A stretch of 57,324 nt of DNA from a virus. Its lineage: Duplodnaviria; Caudoviricetes. Shown one piece after another: positions 8,290 through 16,786 of the stretch; position 1 is the first letter of the stretch, and every line of letters begins with the position of its first letter. Both the position numbers and the translations under genes were made by a program. The stretch covers positions 1-57,324 of IMG/VR virus record IMGVR_UViG_3300030329_003739; one strand, 5' to 3'. The notes below the pieces were generated by a model, which did not search any database, had not been told where the DNA came from, and saw only the letters and a list, made by a program, of their open reading frames with translations.

Positions 8290-9412
8290 AACATGGACGA
8301 GCGAAGAGTATGATTACATTAAAAGAGGGCATAGCAGTGGCATGTCCGTTAGAGAGATCTCGCTGAAGATCGATAGATCTGAAGTTGCGGTTGGCCACAA
8401 GCTGAGAGAGTTAGGATTTTCTAGCACTGGATCGAAGAAGGCGGAGAAGTTTTCTACAAAAGAAAAGCAAGACATCGAGGAGGCTTCATACGATTTTGAA
8501 AATAGCCTGTTGAAGGCAGAATTAAAAGAGATGAAGCAAAAGGTAAAGGAAGCAGAATTAAGAATGGTCGTCCCTGAGTGGGAGGATGACTGGGACGGAG
8601 ATGCAGAATGGGCTCGCGCCGAAGAAAAAGGTAAGCGAGCTATCCACAAGGCTTCCAAGAGGGGAAGATTCAAAGTAAATTTTGACTCTGGGCCCATCGC
8701 TGTAGCAGTAATCAGTGACCAGCATATTGCACCGGGAACTCCCTGTGATTTTAAGAGAATGAAAGAAGATGCAGAACTTATTCGAGAAACTCCAAACTTC
8801 TATGCTGTCTTCGGAGGAGATGGAGTGGACAACCACATCAAGCATAGATCCGCCCTTATCGGAGCAAACTCAACTCCTGATGAGCAGTGGCGACTCTTCG
8901 ATCACTACCTTCAATTATTCGGAGACAAAATACTCGCAATCATTTCAGGTAACCACGACGCTTGGACCGCACAAATCGGAGGTGTCGATTACCTATCGAA
9001 ACTTGCTAATGCCCACAAGGTCTGTTACGCTCCGGCGGAAGCTAGATTAGACATTACAGTAGACGGCCAATTATATAAAATGGTAGTAAGACACCAGACA
9101 GGTCGATTCAACTCAAGTCTTAATCAAACCCACGCAGTAAAGCGATTCTACGAAAATAACGAAGAATTGTTTGATGTTGGGGTAATCGGCCATCATCACG
9201 AGGCCGCCGTTGAGATGTTTATCAAACACGGCAAAAAGCGTTATGCAGCCAGGCCTGGATCCTATCAGATAATTAGTCCATACTCTCATCAGTATGGATT
9301 TGCCAGTTCTATACCTACTTGTCCTACATTCGTTTTCTTTCCAAAGGAGAGGCGAATTATAGGGTTTGACGACGTAAGGAATGCAGCATGGTGTCTGAAA
9401 GGAAAAATGTAA
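8279..9412 (+). CDS. N-terminal HTH fused to calcineurin-like metallophosphoesterase
   Basis: WTSEE...MSVREISLKIDRSEVAV HTH; SDQH, GDGVD, GNHD, GHHH motifs. Confidence 0.9.
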   Translation: MAGRTWTSEEYDYIKRGHSSGMSVREISLKIDRSEVAVGHKLRELGFSSTGSKKAEKFSTKEKQDIEEASYDFENSLLKAELKEMKQKVKEAELRMVVPEWEDDWDGDAEWARAEEKGKRAIHKASKRGRFKVNFDSGPIAVAVISDQHIAPGTPCDFKRMKEDAELIRETPNFYAVFGGDGVDNHIKHRSALIGANSTPDEQWRLFDHYLQLFGDKILAIISGNHDAWTAQIGGVDYLSKLANAHKVCYAPAEARLDITVDGQLYKMVVRHQTGRFNSSLNQTHAVKRFYENNEELFDVGVIGHHHEAAVEMFIKHGKKRYAARPGSYQIISPYSHQYGFASSIPTCPTFVFFPKERRIIGFDDVRNAAWCLKGKM

Positions 9413-9558
9413 GATCTTGCCCTGCTTGTTCTAAGCCTACTAAGTTGGTCGGTATGCGGGGTGGGAGAGCCATCTTTTACTGCACCAGTTGTGGCGCAGT
9501 GCTAATCGTTCCAAAAAGGAGGGAGCAGAATGAGAAAGCAAAGGCAGAAGAGGGATAA
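9388..9558 (+). CDS. 56-aa zinc-ribbon protein (not in ORF track)
   Basis: AAGGA RBS; MVSERKNVRSCPACSKPTKLVGMRGGRAIFYCTSCGAVLIVPK...; fills the 9412-9530 gap. Confidence 0.7.
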   Translation: MVSERKNVRSCPACSKPTKLVGMRGGRAIFYCTSCGAVLIVPKRREQNEKAKAEEG

Positions 9559-9718
9559 GTTGACTACATGGTTTTTAGCTACTGGAACACTATGTTTCAC
9601 CTCAATAGCAGTGTATATGGGGATTTTAATGTGGAAAAGCTATGTGTGGGCCCAATGGCTACACAGGCTTCAAGACAGCCTAAATAGATACGAAAGCGGG
9701 GCCGGTCCAATCATTTAA
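9530..9718 (+). CDS. small single-pass membrane protein
   Basis: Basic N-terminus, hydrophobic stretch WFLATGTLCFTSIAVYMGILMW, AGGAGG/GGAG RBS. Confidence 0.7.
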   Translation: MRKQRQKRDKLTTWFLATGTLCFTSIAVYMGILMWKSYVWAQWLHRLQDSLNRYESGAGPII

Positions 9719-9749
9719 CGCTGCGAAAATCATTTTACTTAACACTAAA

Positions 9750-9790
9750 TCGGGTTATACTTGCAATAAGGTATTGCGGGTATAACCCGA
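9750..9790. promoter_or_regulatory. long inverted repeat upstream of the head operon
   Basis: TCGGGTTATAC-TTGCAATA-agg-TATTGCGG-GTATAACCCGA in an AT-rich intergenic region. Confidence 0.6.
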
Positions 9791-9840
9791 ATTTTATTAA
9801 TATTAATAATATCCTTTAACCCAAGACCGAAAGGAAAGTT

Positions 9841-11025
9841 ATGTCTGAAGAAGAAGTACAGGAAGTATCAGAGGAAGTAACCTCTGATGTGGTAGATACA
9901 GGAGTTGAGGAAACTTCCGTATCTGATGATGTTCAGGTGGAAGAATCTTCACCTGAGCTAGATTTAACAGACGTTTTTTCTGAAAGCACCCCAGATCAAA
10001 CAGATGATTTCCGCAATAGAGTTGAACAAGCTGGTGTTCGTTTTGAAGACGATACTTCGCCTAGGGAAGCACTTTTTAATGCTTACACACAGGCACAGGA
10101 GTACAACCAGCAATGGCAACAATACCACCAGCAACAGGAAGCTCAACGCCAGCAACAAGCACAGCAACAGCAGCAGATGCAGCAGATGGCCCAATATGGG
10201 ATGCAGCAGTATCAGCAGCAACAGCAGATGCAGATGCAGGAATACCAGCGACAGCTCGAACAAGAACAGTACGAGCAGGAGTTGGAATATGAGCAAGAAG
10301 GCATTTGGTGGAATCCTCCCGAAATAGACAAAGAGGAAATTGCGAAATACCGAACAAGATACCGAGGTCACGACGGACAAATGCGTTGGGACTGGAAGGT
10401 AGGTACACCACAAGAAATTAAAGACGCAGCAGAAGATTATGTTGAATACCACAAGGGTTGGAACGAGGCACTTCGAGAGCGTCCAGATGAAGTCCTACCG
10501 GAAATCATCGAAAAAGAATTTGATAAATTATTTATCGACCGATATGGAAGGTTGATGGATGAGTATCGTGAAGAGCAGCATATCCGAAATCAGGAACAGG
10601 CTGTAAACGATATTAATGTACGAAATGCAGATTGGCTTTATCAGAACGACCCCAGAACTGGACAGGCAGTTATGGATCAATCTGGTGAGCCAGTCCTGTC
10701 ACCCCAAGGTGAGCGAGTTATTGGACACATCAATAACCTTCGTGAATCTGGGATGACAGACCCACAACAGCTTTGGGACACAGCTTCAAGGCTTTTAGCC
10801 GGAGAGCTTGCCCAAGGCGCACTACACCAAACCCGACAGCAGATGCAAAGTGCGCAGCAAGTACAGCAGCGTAATATGCGTCATCTGCAAAACGGTGCTA
10901 GCCATATTCCCAATCGAGGCGGAAGCATGGCTCCACCAGAAAATCCAAGCCCGACATCACAGAACCAGAGCCTGTCGCCTGGGGATAAGTTGCGTCAACA
11001 AGCGTTGGCGGATGGTTTATTTTAG
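9841..11025 (+). CDS. putative capsid scaffolding protein
   Basis: Acidic N-terminus, polyQ coiled coil, short C-terminal helix, immediately upstream of the capsid gene. Confidence 0.7.
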   Translation: MSEEEVQEVSEEVTSDVVDTGVEETSVSDDVQVEESSPELDLTDVFSESTPDQTDDFRNRVEQAGVRFEDDTSPREALFNAYTQAQEYNQQWQQYHQQQEAQRQQQAQQQQQMQQMAQYGMQQYQQQQQMQMQEYQRQLEQEQYEQELEYEQEGIWWNPPEIDKEEIAKYRTRYRGHDGQMRWDWKVGTPQEIKDAAEDYVEYHKGWNEALRERPDEVLPEIIEKEFDKLFIDRYGRLMDEYREEQHIRNQEQAVNDINVRNADWLYQNDPRTGQAVMDQSGEPVLSPQGERVIGHINNLRESGMTDPQQLWDTASRLLAGELAQGALHQTRQQMQSAQQVQQRNMRHLQNGASHIPNRGGSMAPPENPSPTSQNQSLSPGDKLRQQALADGLF

Positions 11026-11051
11026 TTTCCTTTTAGAGAAAGGTTAGGATC

Positions 11052-12206
11052 ATGGCCTATAAAGGTTTTAATCCCGTAGCTTTTGCTCGTACCGCAGCAA
11101 CCACGCTCGCAAAGCACATCCGCGACGTTGAGGAGAATATGCTCCGCAACTATCAGCTAGGTGCATTGCTGGAAGCCGCAGGACGGGTAAACTACAACAA
11201 CTCCGGTGAAGGTTTCGACTGGCCGGTTCAATACCGTCTACACACAGTAGAAGGTAACACGGGTGAAACAGCTCGTAACTTCGCACGTCGTAACTTGTGG
11301 AAAACGGCTAACTTGGAATACCGTGGTTATCAAACCACCGATTCCATGTACTACCGCGAATTCCGCAGTAACCGTGGTGAAGAAGGAATTATCAAGGTAT
11401 TTGATAATTTCGTTCAACGTCTAGAGACTTCTATCGAGCAAGCTCTGGGTGGAGAATATTATGTCGATGGCTATGCTGCTGGCAACTCACAAGGTTGGCA
11501 CGGAATAGAAAGTCTTTTTGGTACTGTTTCACAAACCCTTCAAACAGATGGGTCTGGGGCACGAACTAAGAACACCGCCGATAAAGTTGGTGTTCCCACT
11601 GGTTCTTACGCTGGAATCTCTAAGGTTCTTGGTGAAGCTGGTGGTTCCCAGGAAACTACCACCGGCTGGCCTAATGGCGTAGCTGATCCAGAATACGATT
11701 TCTGGTCACCACTGATTGTCAACTATACATCTGATGAATTTAGTGGAACGCTTGCAGATGGTTCTACTCAGTCTAGCGAGTTTAATGCTCAGGGCGATGA
11801 AGCTATGCGTTTCGCTATTATTCACGCTCAGCGTAATACTAGCCAGAACGGTCAGATTAGTAACATCATGCTAGCTCGCGATCTTTATATGGATCTCCTC
11901 AACTTGATTGATGAGAAGGAACGTATTCAGATTACTAGCGAACACCAACTCCGTGCTCTTGGATTCAAGAACACTGTTAACTTTGACGGCATTGAAGTTT
12001 CTTGGGAAACTGCTATTCCTCAAGGTGTTGGTTATGGTCTTAACTACCAGAATATTGAACTGAAATCTATGGATGACTCTCTCCTTCGCTCTGAAGGTCC
12101 TGAGTATGATATTCATAGCCAAGCGTTCAATGCTGTTGTTTCAACATTGTCTAACATGAAGTTTAGTTCTCCACGGAACTTCTTCAAGTTGCAAGCAATC
12201 GCTTAA
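11052..12206 (+). CDS. major capsid protein
   Basis: 384 aa, gene position, capsid-like sequence (ALGFKNTVNFDGIEVSWE; C-terminal SSPRNFFKL), biased codon use (cgt/gct/aac). Confidence 0.85.
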   Translation: MAYKGFNPVAFARTAATTLAKHIRDVEENMLRNYQLGALLEAAGRVNYNNSGEGFDWPVQYRLHTVEGNTGETARNFARRNLWKTANLEYRGYQTTDSMYYREFRSNRGEEGIIKVFDNFVQRLETSIEQALGGEYYVDGYAAGNSQGWHGIESLFGTVSQTLQTDGSGARTKNTADKVGVPTGSYAGISKVLGEAGGSQETTTGWPNGVADPEYDFWSPLIVNYTSDEFSGTLADGSTQSSEFNAQGDEAMRFAIIHAQRNTSQNGQISNIMLARDLYMDLLNLIDEKERIQITSEHQLRALGFKNTVNFDGIEVSWETAIPQGVGYGLNYQNIELKSMDDSLLRSEGPEYDIHSQAFNAVVSTLSNMKFSSPRNFFKLQAIA

Positions 12207-12232
12207 CCCCTTTTAGGAAAGGAATCAATATT

Positions 12233-12856
12233 ATGATTCATGTAGATCCTCCATTCGATCTCGGTGAAACCCTTAAAGGGACTGACGATGATGGAAACTT
12301 GATTAACGAGCAATGGGCTGGGGCTGTTTATCAGTTTCCCGATGTTGATCGCACTCCTGCACTTCGTGGTGGTAAAAGCCGTCGAAGCGGGCATGTGATT
12401 ACAGCCATTTGCCTTCGTAATGTTAACGCCGCTGCTGAATTGGCTTGTGCTAGTAAGTTAATGAAAATTGATTTAAGCCCAACTGCAAACAGTGGTGACG
12501 CAACTGCAGCAGCAGTTACAGCAACATACTTCAATGCCGTAGACGCTTTGGCGACTACGGCCACTGGAGAGCTTGTTGTAGTTGGTGATCCTGAACTTGC
12601 CGATGCTGTACCAAAGAATGATCTCTTTTGGTGCATTATCAAAGGGCCAGCACAGGTTGCAATGAAAACAGGCAGCGATATTGCTGTTGGAGATTTGATT
12701 GGCGATAGCAACGTCGAAGGACTTGCCGCTGAGCTTACTCCTGCATCAGGTGACACCATTGCAACAAATCGCAATGTTATTGGCCGAGCAATGCAAGCTA
12801 ATGCTGACACTGCAGCAGGCGCTACAATTAACGTCTTGGTTAACATTAATTTGTAA
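12233..12856 (+). CDS. capsid decoration/cement protein
   Basis: Ala-rich, follows MCP, FWCIIKGPAQV...IAVGDLI...VIGRA pattern, followed by a terminator. Confidence 0.7.
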   Translation: MIHVDPPFDLGETLKGTDDDGNLINEQWAGAVYQFPDVDRTPALRGGKSRRSGHVITAICLRNVNAAAELACASKLMKIDLSPTANSGDATAAAVTATYFNAVDALATTATGELVVVGDPELADAVPKNDLFWCIIKGPAQVAMKTGSDIAVGDLIGDSNVEGLAAELTPASGDTIATNRNVIGRAMQANADTAAGATINVLVNINL

Positions 12857-12923
12857 TGTCCTAATACCCGGCTGTACAGCCAACAAGAACACCTCCTCAC
12901 GGAAGTGTAGGGTCTTGGGTGCG

Positions 12924-12957
12924 GTGCCGGGTTCCTTCGGGGGCCCGGCACTTTTTT
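12924..12957 (+). terminator. intrinsic terminator with cUUCGg loop
   Basis: GTGCCGGGTTCC-TTCG-GGGGCCCGGCAC-TTTTTT. Confidence 0.9.
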
Positions 12958-12970
12958 ATTGGAGAAACAA

Positions 12971-13687
12971 ATGGCTAAGAGACCTCCCAGGCTTAAATCA
13001 TTAGCACATATAAGAGCCGGAAAAGACTTCAACTGGAAGGATTTCGGTAAGCTCGTTGATTCAAATCCATACAGAGCTGGATGGGCTGCTATTTTTGGCG
13101 GAAAGCCAAACTCTAAAAGCGAGCTCCAAAAAAAATATGGTTTTAATGCTTACGACAAAGGCTATGACTATTTCCATGGAAACTTTGGAAGATGGTATAA
13201 CTCAAAAGACAGGTGGAATCCAAACCGATGGAGAAGGCAAAGGGAGTTTTTTAAGGCTGCTTGGGATTTGTTCCAGCCTGAAGGCGGCACACAAGAGGCC
13301 AATACTAGGCTGAAAGACACCACATTTGATCCGGTAGATACCAGCTCGGATACTCCTGGAGTATTTGAAGGTGCTTCAATAGACGATGTTCATACAGCCT
13401 TTAAGACAGGGGATGAACCCGGAAAAATAACTCAACCTGAATATAAAGACATATTTCGGAAGACTAATGACAATACCGAAGCGGGTAGCAGTTTGGAAAA
13501 TCCCCCCATTGATAATACAATAGATTTAGATACAGACGGCATTGATAATATTGGTGCCGTAGAAGATAGCATTAGAGACAATCAAGATATATTTTTACCT
13601 TTAGATCAACAGCAGAGTAGCACTTACGGCAACACTCTGGGATACGACACTAGACAAAATAGAAGCAACCTTCAGTACGGAAGATAA
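12971..13687 (+). CDS. hypothetical protein with basic aromatic N-half and acidic C-half
   Basis: GGAGA RBS before ATG 12971 (MAKRPPR). Confidence 0.75.
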   Translation: MAKRPPRLKSLAHIRAGKDFNWKDFGKLVDSNPYRAGWAAIFGGKPNSKSELQKKYGFNAYDKGYDYFHGNFGRWYNSKDRWNPNRWRRQREFFKAAWDLFQPEGGTQEANTRLKDTTFDPVDTSSDTPGVFEGASIDDVHTAFKTGDEPGKITQPEYKDIFRKTNDNTEAGSSLENPPIDNTIDLDTDGIDNIGAVEDSIRDNQDIFLPLDQQQSSTYGNTLGYDTRQNRSNLQYGR

Positions 13688-13689
13688 CA

Positions 13690-14142
13690 ATGCCAAATAT
13701 CATGATAGCTGGGCAGCAAATGCCCTACGATCCACAGCAGCTAGCGATGCTTTTGCAAAGCGCTAGTGAACAAGACTTAAACATGGCGGTTCAGCAAATT
13801 CAAGGATTACCTCCACAAGAAAGAAATCAGGCCATGCAGCTGATACAGCAGGCTATGATGATGCTAGGCGGCCCGCAAGCTGCACAGCAGGGTGCCGGAG
13901 ATTTAAGTCATTTACAGGGCCCAGATGTAGGTGCGCTGTCCCAAGCGATGGAAGCCGGGATGCAGCAAGGAACAATAAAACCTCTCGGGCCAGCAAGCAG
14001 CGGAGCCGGGCCAGCCCAAATGGGACTTGGCGGGAGCTTTGTTGACGATGCAGGTGCAATGGCTCCAGGATATTTGCCAGGCATAGACGGCCCCACTCCA
14101 GATTTGCGACAAGCAAGGATGCGTGATAATGGACTCACATAA
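13690..14142 (+). CDS. Gln/Met/Gly-rich hypothetical protein
   Basis: Tightly packed in operon, low complexity. Confidence 0.7.
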   Translation: MPNIMIAGQQMPYDPQQLAMLLQSASEQDLNMAVQQIQGLPPQERNQAMQLIQQAMMMLGGPQAAQQGAGDLSHLQGPDVGALSQAMEAGMQQGTIKPLGPASSGAGPAQMGLGGSFVDDAGAMAPGYLPGIDGPTPDLRQARMRDNGLT

Positions 14143-14659
14143 AACATGCACAAAGTGTAATGTTGAATACCCGTTAAGCAGAGATTTTTGGCACAGAGAC
14201 AATCACTCTGCTGACGGGTACCGGACTACATGCAAGATGTGTCGTTCGGAAGAAGTCGAAAACAACCGAAAAGAAAAAGTTTCTAAGGCGGTAGACAAAA
14301 TAGAGGATGAGGGCGTTGATTTATTAGATACGCTACTCAAGGGAGGGTCTGATGTTCCTCATATGGGCGAGACTTTCCAGAGGATAATGGAAGCCTTCGG
14401 TGGTCCGGGCGGCCTAGCTCAGCAGATCGCAGCTACTTTTTTTAGGTCAGCACCAGGAAGCCAGCAAAGGCAAAGGATACTTGAATCCATCCTCAGATTA
14501 AATATTAAAGTTTCTGAATCCGGCGCAGCACAAAAATCATTTGAGGAGCTTACCAATGAAGAACTTGATGAAGAGATTCAAAAGTCAGTTCGCTCAGTTA
14601 TCGACCCAGACCTACAAACCCTATATAAGCTAAAGCCATCCGATGGAGAATCAAGATAG
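14123..14659 (+). CDS. putative terminase small subunit with N-terminal zinc finger
   Basis: CTKC...CKMC; C-terminal FEELTNEELDEEI; overlaps large terminase start. Confidence 0.6.
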   Translation: MIMDSHKTCTKCNVEYPLSRDFWHRDNHSADGYRTTCKMCRSEEVENNRKEKVSKAVDKIEDEGVDLLDTLLKGGSDVPHMGETFQRIMEAFGGPGGLAQQIAATFFRSAPGSQQRQRILESILRLNIKVSESGAAQKSFEELTNEELDEEIQKSVRSVIDPDLQTLYKLKPSDGESR

Positions 14660-16373
14660 CGCATTTTACGTTCCTCCCAACAACTTTCTTGAAGGGGTTA
14701 CTGAATATCAGAGGGCTCAGCTCAGGCAGCTTCATGTCGAAAAAGCAAAAAGAGAATCGGAGGCCTTGCGGCTTTATGAACCTCTACCTTTCCAGGATAA
14801 GTTCCATTCCTCAAATGCCAAAGAGGTTCTCATACAGGCGGGTAATCAGGTTGGGAAGTCCTTATGTGCATTTGTCGAAGATGCTAGAGCTGCCACGGGC
14901 CAGGATCCCTACGGGAAGTACCCCAAGGAAGACGGTATCATGGTTTGCCTCGGCATGGACGAGGGGCATATTGGCCGGACTATACATAAGTATTTGTTTA
15001 GACCCGGATCTTTCAAAATCATCAAGGATAACATCTCTAACAAGTGGCGTGCCTGGAAGCCTTGGATTGAATCTGACTGGGAAAGAAAATCAGAAGCGAA
15101 GCCTGCTCCTCCTCTTATACCTGAAAGATTTATAAAGCAGTTTGCATGGAAGAAGCGTGCTCAGCATGTCTTCGAGATATGTGAGCTGCATAACGGGTGG
15201 ACCATCTACGCAATGGGCTCCAAGGGAGATCCTTCACAAGGTTTCCAAGCTGATTTAGTTCATATAGATGAAGACCTCGAACGCTCTGAATGGTACGACG
15301 AAATGATTGCTCGTCTATCTATGCGTAATGGAAAGCTGAGATGGTCTGCGTTGCCTCACTCTAAAAATGACGCTTTGGTTAATCTTGCCGAAAGAGCTGA
15401 AGACGAGCAAAACCAAGAAAACCCATCAACTATAGTTATGAGAGCTACTATATTCGACAACCCCTTCATGCCGGAACAGGTAAAACAAGAAAACATTAAG
15501 CGATGGAAGGCTAAAGGAGAAGACGAATTTCGTAAACGTGCGTTAGGAGAGCTTGTTACAGATAGCGTCCTTATGTACCCCAATTTTTCTAAGGATGTAC
15601 ATAATGCAGTCAGATTTGAAGAGCCAAGAAATAAAGTCCAGGAATACTTGGCGAATAACAATGGGCAGCCAGGCACGGACTGGTGCAAGTACATGGTCGT
15701 GGACCCGGGTCATAGTGTTTGCGCTGTTACTTTCTATGCCATCCCACCAAGTGGCCTGGGCGATAATGTTGTATGTTATGACGAGCTTTATATACACAAC
15801 TGTACGGCAGCGAAATTTGGTAATATGGTAGCCCAGAAGGTGCGGCAGCATGGAGGGCAATTTGAATCATTCATTATTGATGCCCATGGTGGTAGAATTA
15901 GAGAAATTGGTACCGGCGTATTGCCTAGAATACAATACTCAAAAGAACTTGAACGACATAATATTACGAGCAATACAACAGGAAGCAATTTTTTAAGTGG
16001 TTCCGATGATGTTCCCGGCAGAGAAATGAAGCTAAGAAGCTGGATCAATATACAATCAAATGGAACACCTAAATTACTGGTCGTTGTAGCCAGATGCCCT
16101 AATTTGTGTAGGGAGTTTAATAGATTTAAGAAGAAAACAATGAATGGCTTCATCACGGACCAGGGAAATCGCCGTGGAAACTGCCATGCTATAGAAACAC
16201 TAGAATATGCAGCCGCTCACGGGTTAAAATATGTTAAGCCCAAATCTAAAAGAGTTGTTAGAGGAAGGGTTGCCCAAATACTACAAGGACGTAAAATGCG
16301 TTCAGCTCAAAGGTCTGCTAAAAAGCGGGGTTTGAGCACTAACACCATTAACCTAGGACCCCAAGGAGAATAG
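14643..16373 (+). CDS. terL: terminase large subunit
   Basis: Walker A AGNQVGKS, Walker B HIDED, DNP motif, RNase H-like VVDPG nuclease. Confidence 0.92.
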   Translation: MENQDSAFYVPPNNFLEGVTEYQRAQLRQLHVEKAKRESEALRLYEPLPFQDKFHSSNAKEVLIQAGNQVGKSLCAFVEDARAATGQDPYGKYPKEDGIMVCLGMDEGHIGRTIHKYLFRPGSFKIIKDNISNKWRAWKPWIESDWERKSEAKPAPPLIPERFIKQFAWKKRAQHVFEICELHNGWTIYAMGSKGDPSQGFQADLVHIDEDLERSEWYDEMIARLSMRNGKLRWSALPHSKNDALVNLAERAEDEQNQENPSTIVMRATIFDNPFMPEQVKQENIKRWKAKGEDEFRKRALGELVTDSVLMYPNFSKDVHNAVRFEEPRNKVQEYLANNNGQPGTDWCKYMVVDPGHSVCAVTFYAIPPSGLGDNVVCYDELYIHNCTAAKFGNMVAQKVRQHGGQFESFIIDAHGGRIREIGTGVLPRIQYSKELERHNITSNTTGSNFLSGSDDVPGREMKLRSWINIQSNGTPKLLVVVARCPNLCREFNRFKKKTMNGFITDQGNRRGNCHAIETLEYAAAHGLKYVKPKSKRVVRGRVAQILQGRKMRSAQRSAKKRGLSTNTINLGPQGE

Positions 16374-16375
16374 TC

Positions 16376-16756
16376 ATGACGACTACCGAAAAGAAGACGC
16401 CAGCAGAACTGGCACACGAGTTTGTAATGCCCGATATTGAGCTTGGATCTCCAGTGATGTTTCATCACGCCCATGACACAACAAACCCACAATTAGGCTT
16501 TGTTGTGAGAATAGGACGAACAGGTAAAAATGTGGTCATTCGGACATCAGACAGACATGTTCACGAATCAGTGAAGCATGTAGACGACCCCCGTTTAGAC
16601 TGGAATGTAGACCATCGGGAGTCTGGATCATGGGATTATACTCCCGAGTGGAAACGATTAGAGAAAGAGCGAAAAGACCTAGAGGCACGCGTTGCAGCTT
16701 TAGAGCATACTGCTACGAAAACAGTTAGTCGCCGTAAGAAGTCGCAAGACTCCTAA
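16376..16756 (+). CDS. hypothetical protein
   Basis: AAGGAGA RBS; lies between terL and portal. Confidence 0.8.
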   Translation: MTTTEKKTPAELAHEFVMPDIELGSPVMFHHAHDTTNPQLGFVVRIGRTGKNVVIRTSDRHVHESVKHVDDPRLDWNVDHRESGSWDYTPEWKRLEKERKDLEARVAALEHTATKTVSRRKKSQDS

Positions 16757-16776
16757 TACGACAAAATGTCATCTTA
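16754..16776. promoter_or_regulatory. 23-bp palindromic site, copy 2
   Basis: TAAtACGACAaaaTGTCATcTTA between a stop codon and the portal RBS. Confidence 0.8.
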
Positions 16777-16786
16777 AGGAATAATC

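Noticed and set aside
10120-10280. CAG-rich tract as a contingency microsatellite
   Set aside because: Imperfect in-frame polyGln coding sequence in the scaffold; no frameshifting unit
12880-12925. HDV/theta-like ribozyme suggested by ACCTCCTCACGG
   Set aside because: P3 is mismatched and no P1 or P2 partners could be found
12331-13032. 233-aa antisense ORF and similar shadow ORFs (4613-5032, 26954-27511, 40772-41212)
   Set aside because: Antisense to well-supported genes, no RBS or motifs; explained by codon bias
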